Below, piece by piece: positions 37,395 through 45,537 of a DNA stretch of 64,000 bases (within the stretch, counting starts at the first letter, position 1; every line of letters starts with the position of its first letter). The position numbers and the translations under genes were made by a program. Under the pieces are notes generated by a model. It had not been told where the DNA came from, did not search any database, and saw only the letters and a list, made by a program, of their open reading frames with translations. Source of the stretch: Clostridia bacterium (lineage in GTDB: Bacteria > Bacillota > Clostridia > Oscillospirales > QAMX01); the NCBI GenBank assembly GCA_017441705.1, contig JAFRWU010000009.1, positions 2,657 to 66,656 of the forward strand, written 5' to 3'.

Positions 37395-37477
37395 ATGCTC
37401 TCCTCTGACTATATGTGTCTTCCGGGTAACGAATGCTTTTCGCGTTCCCGGAAGCGTTCGATTTTTCACTGCGTCGG

Positions 37478-37507
37478 TTGACGGAAGCGCCGCGGCTGTG
37501 CTATAAT
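37478..37507 (+). promoter_or_regulatory. Promoter, TTGACG-18 nt-TATAAT with TG extension
   Basis: TTGACG at 37478-37483 and TGcTATAAT ending at 37507, upstream of the comEA-like/thyX operon. Confidence 0.55.
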
Positions 37508-37628
37508 CGGATCGCGGGGCGTCAGCCGCAGGCGGCTGTGCCGCGCCCGGCATTCCGTCACCCCACATTATATCAAAAGCCGGTTCATTTTTCAACCTTT
37601 ACTTCTCTTTTCTTGAGGTGAGAACGAT

Positions 37629-37973
37629 ATGCCTCATAAAGACGTCAGAGGATGGGTCTTCCTCTGTACGGCCGTGCTGCTTCTGGCTGCGGCGATCGCG
37701 TTGCTTGCTCCCGGCAAAGCGGAATTCCAAAGCGTTTCCGTTTCCCATTTGCCGGACGTCTCCGGAAGAAGCCCGACGCGGCTTTCGGAAAAGCAGTGGT
37801 GTGAAATCCCCGGAATCGGCAAGGGACTTGCCGGAAAAATCGTTCGGTACAAAAGCGTCTACGGTGAATTCACCTCGCCGGACGAAACGATCCTTGTGGA
37901 TGGGATCGGGAAAGCGAGAAGACAGGCGATACTGGAATATGCGGAGAGTTTTGAAAGGAGCGGAAATCCATGA
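37629..37973 (+). CDS. Short ComEA-like helix-hairpin-helix protein with N-terminal membrane anchor
   Basis: 114 aa with one transmembrane segment and two HhH motifs (IPGIGKGLAGKIV and VDGIGKARRQAIL). The stop overlaps the thyX start (ATGA). Confidence 0.75.
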   Translation: MPHKDVRGWVFLCTAVLLLAAAIALLAPGKAEFQSVSVSHLPDVSGRSPTRLSEKQWCEIPGIGKGLAGKIVRYKSVYGEFTSPDETILVDGIGKARRQAILEYAESFERSGNP

Positions 37974-38596
37974 AAATCATCGAACCCAGCTTTGTTTTCG
38001 AGGATACTCTTGATCCCGTGGCCATCATGTCCAAGATCGAACGGGCGGGACGCACCTGCTACAAAAGCGAAGGAAGGATCGGAGACGGGACCGCAGAAAA
38101 ATTCATCGCCTCCATCGTTGCGCGCGGACACGAATCGGTTCTGGAACACGCGTCCGTGACGGTGAGGCTGATCTGCGACCGTGGAGTCACGCACGAGATC
38201 GTCCGTCACCGCATCGCCGCCTATTCTCAGGAAAGCACCCGCTACTGCAATTATTCGGGCGACAAGTTCGGCAATGAAATCACTGTGATCCGTCCCTTCT
38301 TCTGGAATGACGATCCGGAAAAATTCGCCGTATGGCGCGAAGCGATGGAGGCCGCGGAAAAGGCATATAACGCCTTGATCGAAATGGGCGCCACGCCGCA
38401 GGAAGCGCGCAGCGTTCTTCCCAATTCCCTGAAGACCGAGCTGGTCATGACCATGGATCTCCGGGAATGGCGGCACTTCCTGAAGCTTCGCACCTCCCCC
38501 GCCGCCCATCCGCAAATGCGGGAGATCGCTCTGCCCATCCTGAAAGAATTCAAGAAACAGCTCCCCGTTCTCTTCTTGGACATCGAAGCCGAATGA
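37970..38596 (+). CDS. thyX: FAD-dependent thymidylate synthase
   Basis: 208 aa with the ThyX signature RHRIAAYSQESTRY, plus HESVLEH and LREWRHFLKLR. Confidence 0.92.
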   Translation: MKIIEPSFVFEDTLDPVAIMSKIERAGRTCYKSEGRIGDGTAEKFIASIVARGHESVLEHASVTVRLICDRGVTHEIVRHRIAAYSQESTRYCNYSGDKFGNEITVIRPFFWNDDPEKFAVWREAMEAAEKAYNALIEMGATPQEARSVLPNSLKTELVMTMDLREWRHFLKLRTSPAAHPQMREIALPILKEFKKQLPVLFLDIEAE

Positions 38597-39333
38597 ACGT
38601 GAAATACAGCCGGGGCGTTTTTCTGCCCTTCGAAATCGGATCCTTCACGGGTTCTCTTTATATGCCTCTCGGTCTCGATCCGTCGGCGCCCCGCGTCACC
38701 GCCGTATACTGCCTCGGAAGCGAGGAAAGAGAGCTCAGGGAGATCGTCTCCCTCTGGAAAAAGCCGGAATTCAAGCCGGAAAGACCTGTTGCTCTTCTGG
38801 CGATTCATCCGCTGAAATGGGAAGACGATTATTCTCCTCTGAAGGCGCCGGCGCTCAGACAAGGCGAACCGCCCTTCGGGGACGGAGCGGAAAAGCACCT
38901 GAAGGCGATACGCGATCAATTGATCCCTGCGATGGAAAAAACCTATAATCTGATCCCCGACCGTTCGGAACGGATCCTCGTCGGATACTCGCTTGCCGGG
39001 CTCTGCGCTCTGTGCGGCCCGATATTTGTTCCGGACGCTTTTTCGCGGTTCGGAGGGGTCTCCCCTTCGCTGTGGCTCGATGGATTCCGCGCCTTCTTCG
39101 AGGGCTCTCTGCCGCCGGACGGGGTCGATCGCCTGTATCTCTCCCTCGGCAAAAAGGAACCTGCCGCCAAAAACGAGCGCATGGCCAGGGTAGGCGTCGA
39201 GTTTACGGAGATATCCGGATTTCTCTCCTCCCGCGTCGCCGAAGGCCGTTTCCTTTCCGAATGGAACGACGGCAATCATTTCTTCGAGCCCGCACGGCGT
39301 ATTGCAAAAGCGATCGCTTTTCTGTCTGCCTGA
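38593..39333 (+). CDS. Alpha/beta hydrolase (esterase-like)
   Basis: ATG 38593 overlaps the thyX stop (ATGA). The nucleophile elbow is GYSLAG; 246 aa. Confidence 0.7.
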   Translation: MNVKYSRGVFLPFEIGSFTGSLYMPLGLDPSAPRVTAVYCLGSEERELREIVSLWKKPEFKPERPVALLAIHPLKWEDDYSPLKAPALRQGEPPFGDGAEKHLKAIRDQLIPAMEKTYNLIPDRSERILVGYSLAGLCALCGPIFVPDAFSRFGGVSPSLWLDGFRAFFEGSLPPDGVDRLYLSLGKKEPAAKNERMARVGVEFTEISGFLSSRVAEGRFLSEWNDGNHFFEPARRIAKAIAFLSA

Positions 39334-39362
39334 GCCACGGAGAGTTTTTCCCGCATATATAA

Positions 39363-39401
39363 AGAAGCGACGTCCCGGATGCGGCGACGCGCTTCTTTTT
39401 T
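39363..39401 (+). terminator. Intrinsic terminator
   Basis: agaagcg(a)cgtc pairs with gacgcgcttct (one bulge), followed by tttttt. Confidence 0.7.
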
Positions 39402-39437
39402 GTGAAAACGCCGTATAATGATTTTTCTTTATTTCAT

Positions 39438-39455
39438 ACCACTAAATTTAGTGGT
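39438..39455. promoter_or_regulatory. Perfect 18-bp palindrome ACCACTAAATTTAGTGGT (candidate operator)
   Basis: The sequence is self-complementary and ends 6 nt upstream of the -35 box of the miaB promoter. Confidence 0.4.
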
Positions 39456-39461
39456 TAGCGA

Positions 39462-39491
39462 TTGACAAGAAGCTTTCCCATAGAGTATAAT
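39462..39491 (+). promoter_or_regulatory. Consensus sigma-A promoter, TTGACA-18 nt-TATAAT
   Basis: TTGACA at 39462-39467 and TATAAT at 39486-39491, about 36 nt upstream of the miaB start. Confidence 0.7.
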
Positions 39492-39527
39492 ATTTTGTTG
39501 TAAAGCTTGGATCCCTCCGGAGGCTGC

Positions 39528-40934
39528 ATGAGCATCACAAGAGAAAGCGAACGGTATATCGGTCTGGTGCGGGAAGAAAACGAACGCTTCTTCCGGGCCG
39601 TGGGCCGCCGTCGCCGTTATTTCGTGGATACCTACGGTTGCCAGCAGAACGAATCGGACAGCGAGATCCTGCGCGGCCTTGCGGAAGCCATGGGATACGA
39701 ACCGGCGTCCGACGCATCCGGCGCCGATCTGATCGTAGTCAATACGTGCGCCGTCAGAGAGCATGCGGAAATGCGCATTCTCGGCAACGTCGGCGCCATG
39801 TCTCATATCAAAAAAAAGAATCCCGATCTTATGATCGTAATGACAGGGTGCATGATGTCCGAAGGGCACATGCGCGAAAGAATCAAAAACAGCTTTCCTT
39901 ACGTTTCCGGTACTCTGGACACCAATTCCCACGCCCGTCTTCCCGAATTGGTCTGGTCCTTCCTCGGCGACCGGAAACGACGTTATTATTTCGACGAAAA
40001 CCGGGACGTCCTGTCTGAAACCGAAGGTCTTCCGCGGGTGCGCACCAACGGGTGTAAAGCCTGGCTTCCCATTATGAAGGGGTGCGACAACTTCTGCTCT
40101 TACTGCATCGTTCCCTACGTGCGCGGCCGCGAAGCGAGCCGTCCGTCGGATGCGGTCCTTCGGGAAGCGCGCGAGCTTGTGGAAAACGGAGAGAAAGAAA
40201 TCACGCTTCTCGGGCAGAACGTCAATTCCTACCGCGGGATCGACGGAGGGTTTCCCGCCCTTCTGCGGAAGATAAACGCCATACCGGGAGAATTCCGCAT
40301 CCGATTCATGACAAGTCATCCGAAGGACGCCGGTGAAGAGCTTTTCCGCGCGATGGCGGAATGTGAAAAGGTCGCGGGAAATCTTCACCTGCCTTTCCAG
40401 TCCGGAAGCGACCGGATCCTCAAAGCCATGAACCGCGGGTATACCGCATCCCAGTATCTGGAAAAGCTTTCTCTGGCGCGGCGGTACCGGCCGGATCTCG
40501 ATATTACAAGCGACGTGATCGTAGGATTCCCCGGCGAGACCGAAGAAGACTATCTGGCGACCGAGGCCCTCGTGCGCGAGGCGGGCTTCCTCTCTCTTTT
40601 CACGTTCATTTATTCCCGCAGAGAAGGAACGCGCGCCGCAAGGATCCCCGACGACACGCCGGAGGAGATCATCAAGAACAGATTCCGGCGGCTCCTCTCG
40701 GTACAGGACGAGATCTCCCGCGCGAAAAACGAGGCTCTCGTATCCGAAACCGTCCGTGTTTTATATGACGGAATCAACCGGGAAGGCGACGCACTGACCG
40801 CCCGGACATCCGGAAACAGGCTGGTTTCCGTCAAGGCGGATCCCGGACTTGTCGGAAGCTTCGGAGACGTGCGCATCACAAGCGCGTCCACATGGTCGCT
40901 GACGGGCGAACCGATCCGAACGGAGGCGGACTGA
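39528..40934 (+). CDS. miaB: tRNA (i6A37) methylthiotransferase MiaB
   Basis: ATG 39528 follows GGAGG. TYGCQQNESDSE (UPF0004 domain), the radical-SAM motif GCDNFCSYC and a C-terminal TRAM domain are present. Confidence 0.92.
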   Translation: MSITRESERYIGLVREENERFFRAVGRRRRYFVDTYGCQQNESDSEILRGLAEAMGYEPASDASGADLIVVNTCAVREHAEMRILGNVGAMSHIKKKNPDLMIVMTGCMMSEGHMRERIKNSFPYVSGTLDTNSHARLPELVWSFLGDRKRRYYFDENRDVLSETEGLPRVRTNGCKAWLPIMKGCDNFCSYCIVPYVRGREASRPSDAVLREARELVENGEKEITLLGQNVNSYRGIDGGFPALLRKINAIPGEFRIRFMTSHPKDAGEELFRAMAECEKVAGNLHLPFQSGSDRILKAMNRGYTASQYLEKLSLARRYRPDLDITSDVIVGFPGETEEDYLATEALVREAGFLSLFTFIYSRREGTRAARIPDDTPEEIIKNRFRRLLSVQDEISRAKNEALVSETVRVLYDGINREGDALTARTSGNRLVSVKADPGLVGSFGDVRITSASTWSLTGEPIRTEAD

Positions 40935-43540
40935 TGGCAGAATTCACTCCCATGATCAAGCAATACCTGGCCATAAAGGAGCAGAACAAGGATTCTCTGC
41001 TCTTTTTCCGGCTGGGAGATTTTTATGAACTCTTTTTTGAAGACGCAAAGATCGCCTCGTCCGAGCTGGATCTCGTTCTGACAGGAAAGGACTGCGGACA
41101 AGAAGAACGCGCTCCGATGTGCGGCATTCCCTATCATTCCGCCGAAGGATATATCGCCAAGCTCGTCGCGAAAGGCTTCAAGGTCTCCATCTGCGAACAG
41201 ATGGAGGATCCCGCGCTGGCAAAAGGGCTTGTCAAGCGTGAAATCATCCGGACCGTTTCCCCCGGTACGATCACCGAGGAATCCATGCTGGACGATCGGC
41301 GTTCCAACTATATCGCGGGTATTTATACCGGGAAAAAGGGCGCCGGCATCGTCTTTATCGACGTTTCCACGGGCGAAGCCAGCGCTACCGGCGCTACGGG
41401 CGGCGATATAGACGCAAGGCTGATCACGGAGCTGTCCCGTTACGCACCGTCCGAAATCATCGTCAATTCCGCCTGCTCCGCACGAAAGGATCTATCGGCT
41501 TATCTGAAAAACCGTCTGCGCGTCAGGCTTTCTGTGGAAGACGAATACTTTGATCCGGATCCGGCTGCCGCTGAGGCCGAAAAGAGGTTCGGCGAGGATC
41601 TGGATTGTCCGGAATCCTTTCGTCCCTTCCTGCTTGCCGCCGTCGGGGGCCTGCTCCTTTACCTGAAGGACGCAAAGAAGAGCGATCTTTCGTATATCAA
41701 CAAGCTCTCCGTCTATCAGGAAGCGACCTTTATGGATATCGGCGAGACTGCGTTCCGGAACCTGGAGATCAGCGAGACCATGCTGAGCCACAGCAAGCAC
41801 GGGAGTCTGCTCGGCGTCATGGACACCACCGTCACCGGGATGGGGTCGCGCAAGCTCAGACGGTGGGTGGAAAAGCCCCTGATGAACCCGGCGCAGATCG
41901 TGAAAAGACAGAATGCCGTTGAAGAGCTTGCCGCAGATACCGTCATGCGGGAGGAGCTGCGGCATACGCTTCGTTCCATGACGGATCTGGAAAGGCTTTC
42001 CACCCGGATCGTTTACGGAACGGCAAGCCCGCGCGATCTCCGCGCTCTTTGCAGTGCGCTCGGCACGATCCCCGCTCTTCGCGACGGGATCGGCAAGGCA
42101 AAATCCGCGCTGCTTTGCGAGGTGTTCGACGGACTTGATCCGCTGGACGACGTATATCAGAAGATCGACCGCGCCATCGAGGAGGATCCTCCCTATCTGG
42201 TGCGTGACGGCGGCATGATCAAGGACGGGTACGATCCGGAGGTCGACCGTCTGCGCTACATCTCCGGTCACGGAAAGGAAGCCATAGCGGCGGTCGAAGC
42301 AAAAGAGCGGGAGCGCACCGGCATCAAAAATCTGAAAGTCAGCTTCAACCGGGTGTTCGGCTACTATATCGACGTAACGAATTCCTATAAAGGGCTGGTC
42401 CCACAGGATTACATCCGAAAACAGACCCTCGTCAACTCCGAACGATACATCACGGAAGAACTGAAAGCCATCGAAAACGATATCCTATCGGCCGACGACA
42501 AGGTGAAGACGCTGGAATACAATCTCTTTGACGCCATCCGGAAGGAAACGGCCGCCGAGGCCGAACGCATCCAGTCCACCGCCGACGCGGTATCGACCCT
42601 CGATACCCTGCTCGCCCTGGCGTCCAATGCCGTCAATTACCGGTACGCCCGTCCTCTTGTGGATCTTTCCGACAAGCTTGAAATCAAATCCGGCAGACAT
42701 CCCGTGGTGGAACGCATGCAGGGCGGCGAACTGTTTGTTCCCAACGACGTGGATCTTGATTGCCGGGAAAAAAGAGTCGCTGTGATCACCGGTCCCAATA
42801 TGGCAGGCAAATCCACCTATATGCGTCAGGTGGCGCTGATCGCGCTGATGGCGCAGACGGGAAGCTTCGTTCCCGCCGAAAGCGCTCATATCGGCATCGT
42901 CGACAAGCTGTTTACACGCGTCGGCGCGTCCGACGATCTCTCCTCCGGTCGGTCCACCTTCATGGTGGAGATGAGCGAGGTGGCGGAGATCCTCAAGGAA
43001 GCGACGAAGCGCAGCCTGATCATTCTCGACGAAATCGGACGCGGCACCTCGACCTTCGACGGCATGGCCATTGCCCGCGCCGTCGTCGAGTATGCCGCCG
43101 ATTCCAAAAAGCTCGGCGCGAGAACGCTTTTCGCAACCCATTACCATGAGCTGACCGTTTTGGAAAACGAGCTCGACGGAGTCAAAAACTACAATATCGC
43201 CGTCAAAAAGCGCGGCGACCAGATTTCGTTCCTGCGAAAAATCGTTCCGGGGGGTGCAGATGACAGCTACGGCATAGAAGTTGCGCTCCTGGCGGGGCTC
43301 CCGGGCGCCGTGATCAATCGTTCCAAAGAGATCCTTTCCTCCCTGCAGAGCGGAGAACCTTCCCTCCCGAAATCCGCCGGACGCTTTCGGGAAGAAGAAA
43401 CGGAACCTGAATTGACCTTCCAGGCAAGCCGCGAGCAGAGCCTGATCGAAGAACTGAAAACGCTTTCCATCGACACGATGACGCCCCTGGAAGCGATGAA
43501 TGTGCTGAACCGTTACGTCAATCAAGCGAAGGAACTGTAA
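40934..43540 (+). CDS. mutS: DNA mismatch repair protein MutS
   Basis: The ATG overlaps the miaB stop (TGATG). TPMIKQYLAIKEQ...FFRLGDFYELFFEDA and the Walker A motif GPNMAGKSTYMRQ are present; 868 aa. Confidence 0.97.
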   Translation: MAEFTPMIKQYLAIKEQNKDSLLFFRLGDFYELFFEDAKIASSELDLVLTGKDCGQEERAPMCGIPYHSAEGYIAKLVAKGFKVSICEQMEDPALAKGLVKREIIRTVSPGTITEESMLDDRRSNYIAGIYTGKKGAGIVFIDVSTGEASATGATGGDIDARLITELSRYAPSEIIVNSACSARKDLSAYLKNRLRVRLSVEDEYFDPDPAAAEAEKRFGEDLDCPESFRPFLLAAVGGLLLYLKDAKKSDLSYINKLSVYQEATFMDIGETAFRNLEISETMLSHSKHGSLLGVMDTTVTGMGSRKLRRWVEKPLMNPAQIVKRQNAVEELAADTVMREELRHTLRSMTDLERLSTRIVYGTASPRDLRALCSALGTIPALRDGIGKAKSALLCEVFDGLDPLDDVYQKIDRAIEEDPPYLVRDGGMIKDGYDPEVDRLRYISGHGKEAIAAVEAKERERTGIKNLKVSFNRVFGYYIDVTNSYKGLVPQDYIRKQTLVNSERYITEELKAIENDILSADDKVKTLEYNLFDAIRKETAAEAERIQSTADAVSTLDTLLALASNAVNYRYARPLVDLSDKLEIKSGRHPVVERMQGGELFVPNDVDLDCREKRVAVITGPNMAGKSTYMRQVALIALMAQTGSFVPAESAHIGIVDKLFTRVGASDDLSSGRSTFMVEMSEVAEILKEATKRSLIILDEIGRGTSTFDGMAIARAVVEYAADSKKLGARTLFATHYHELTVLENELDGVKNYNIAVKKRGDQISFLRKIVPGGADDSYGIEVALLAGLPGAVINRSKEILSSLQSGEPSLPKSAGRFREEETEPELTFQASREQSLIEELKTLSIDTMTPLEAMNVLNRYVNQAKEL

Positions 43541-43576
43541 TCCGATCGGAAACAATCTCTTTTGCCGGAGGCTTTT

Positions 43577-45454
43577 ATGAGTTACCGTATATTGGAGCCC
43601 GCCGCTTTTTTCCGGGGAAAACGGAACGATCTGGAACGCCGGTCCGACGGCGTATGGTCCTGCGGCGCCCTTCTCGCGGAGATCGCCGTCACACCGGTCC
43701 GCCCCGGTGCGGACAAGATCGTCTCCCGCTGGACGAATACCGGAGACGGGGAGCTTTTCCTGCAGCCGGAGATCCGCGTTGCGTCCGGCTTTGTCTATAA
43801 AAGCTATCTTATCCCCGGCGTAAGCTATAACGGCAACGGCTGGGGACGGGGACGGGAACCGAAAGGCCTCTGCCGTGAAGGAGAACCATGGATCTTTGAA
43901 TACCGGCGCACGTCTCTCCCCTCCTGTACGATCAGCGAAAACGAAACGGAATACATGGCTCTGATGGCGTCCGACGCAGACGAAGCTTCGCTCCGTTCCT
44001 CCTGCGGCATGGAAGCTGCAGCCGACGGGACCATGATCCACCGCCTGCTTTATCCGGAGATCGAACGCCCTCTCACCTATTCCGGACGGGACGCCTACGC
44101 GGAGCCGCAGGAAGGCTTCCTCCGCCTCGGACCCCACGAGACGTTTCGGGCGGAAGCCTGGATCCTGACCGGGAAACCGGTGTTTCCGCGATTTGCCGCC
44201 GCCAACGTCGAGGAGGAAGCGCTTGCTCTTCTGGGAAAACCCTTCACCGCGCGCTTTTCGACGGGTGAAATCAAAGACCTTTGCTCGGCTTTCGCCTTCT
44301 CGCTTCTGCAGGACGTCGGTGGGAAAAGGCTGTTCTCCATCGGTCTTTCCCTGAACGAAAAGAACGAATTCAGGTTGAACGAGGGGAATGAATTCGGCTG
44401 GTGCGGCCAGAACGGGATGTATGCAAGGCTTTTTCTCCGCAGATGGGATGAAACCGGAGACGAATCCTACAAAAGCGTCGCGGTCGGCGTGCTCGATGCC
44501 TTTGCCGCGGCACGCGGCAAAACCGGACTGGTTCACGCCCATTACGACCGCTGGCTGAAGGGCTCCGGAGATGTTGAGGATACGTGCAATCTCGGGTACG
44601 CGATCCTGGAATTCGCACTTTGCTGGAAATTCCTGCACGATCGCGGCGAGGATCATCCGGAATGGCTCGATGCCGGCCGCGACGCGGCGGATTATCTGAT
44701 CGGTCAGTATTCCGACGTTTCCGGCTTTGGCAAAGCGTGGAACGTGGAAACGGGCGAATGTCTTGATCCGGAAGGCACCATCGGCGCGTACGTGATCCCG
44801 GGACTTGCCGCGCTTTACAGGATCACATCTGAAGAAAAGTACCTGACGTACGCCGGGAAGGCTCTTCGCCTTTATGCAAAACGGGATCTTGACGAGTTCC
44901 GCTGCACGGCCGGGGCCCTTGACACCTACTGCATCGACAAGGAGTCTTCCGGTCCGATCCTGCGGGGAGCGCTTGCGCTTTATGAAATCGACGGCGAAAA
45001 AGAATGGCTGGTCATCGCGCAGAAAGCAGGCTGGTATTTTACCTCCTGGATGTTCTATTACGACGCTCTTTATCCCGCGGAAAGCGATTTCGCACGTACG
45101 GGATACCGGACCCGGGGCGCCACTTCGGTATCCGCCCAGCATCATCACCTGGATCCGTGGGGCGCGCTGGTTGTGCCGGATATGCTCCGGCTCTGGAAAT
45201 ACACGGGCGACGACGGCTGGAAAAAGCGCGCGGAGCTCCTTTTTGCCAACGCCATGCAGAACGTGACGCCGGGATGCGGCCGGGTATTTCATGATGCGAA
45301 GCGCGGTCCCGGCGCGCAGAACGAGGGATATCTCCATTGCCGCTGGGGTTCCGAAAAGGCGCCCGGCTACTGCAACGACTGGCTCGTCGCATGGCCGCAG
45401 GCCTTCTTGTGGCACGCTGCGGCCGAGATCGAAGATATGCTCCGGGATCCCTGA
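43577..45454 (+). CDS. Hypothetical 625-aa protein: N-terminal beta-rich region plus a helical-repeat (possibly alpha/alpha-toroid) domain
   Basis: ATG 43577 follows GGAGG. From about residue 270 there are repeated units of the type G..G.Y....L..LY..TG...Y...A. The family was not recognised. Confidence 0.5.
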   Translation: MSYRILEPAAFFRGKRNDLERRSDGVWSCGALLAEIAVTPVRPGADKIVSRWTNTGDGELFLQPEIRVASGFVYKSYLIPGVSYNGNGWGRGREPKGLCREGEPWIFEYRRTSLPSCTISENETEYMALMASDADEASLRSSCGMEAAADGTMIHRLLYPEIERPLTYSGRDAYAEPQEGFLRLGPHETFRAEAWILTGKPVFPRFAAANVEEEALALLGKPFTARFSTGEIKDLCSAFAFSLLQDVGGKRLFSIGLSLNEKNEFRLNEGNEFGWCGQNGMYARLFLRRWDETGDESYKSVAVGVLDAFAAARGKTGLVHAHYDRWLKGSGDVEDTCNLGYAILEFALCWKFLHDRGEDHPEWLDAGRDAADYLIGQYSDVSGFGKAWNVETGECLDPEGTIGAYVIPGLAALYRITSEEKYLTYAGKALRLYAKRDLDEFRCTAGALDTYCIDKESSGPILRGALALYEIDGEKEWLVIAQKAGWYFTSWMFYYDALYPAESDFARTGYRTRGATSVSAQHHHLDPWGALVVPDMLRLWKYTGDDGWKKRAELLFANAMQNVTPGCGRVFHDAKRGPGAQNEGYLHCRWGSEKAPGYCNDWLVAWPQAFLWHAAAEIEDMLRDP

Positions 45455-45537
45455 AATAAGAGAGTATATCTGCCTATCGATACCTTTACGTAGATTCGCG
45501 CATATTGTCTGATCCGATCAGGAAAAGGAGAACGGTC

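Noticed and set aside
39429-40388. 319-aa minus-strand ORF overlapping the miaB promoter and 5' half.
   Set aside because: It is antisense to miaB, which carries clear radical-SAM and UPF0004 motifs. The ORF would start inside the terminator/promoter region, and it has no motifs.
43577-45454. The idea that the 625-aa protein is a LanC-like lanthipeptide cyclase (WCGQNG and TCNLG resemble the WCxG and CHG zinc-ligand motifs).
   Set aside because: The His of the CHG motif is replaced by Asn. No precursor peptide, dehydratase, transporter or immunity genes are nearby. The resemblance may simply reflect the shared alpha/alpha-toroid repeat texture.
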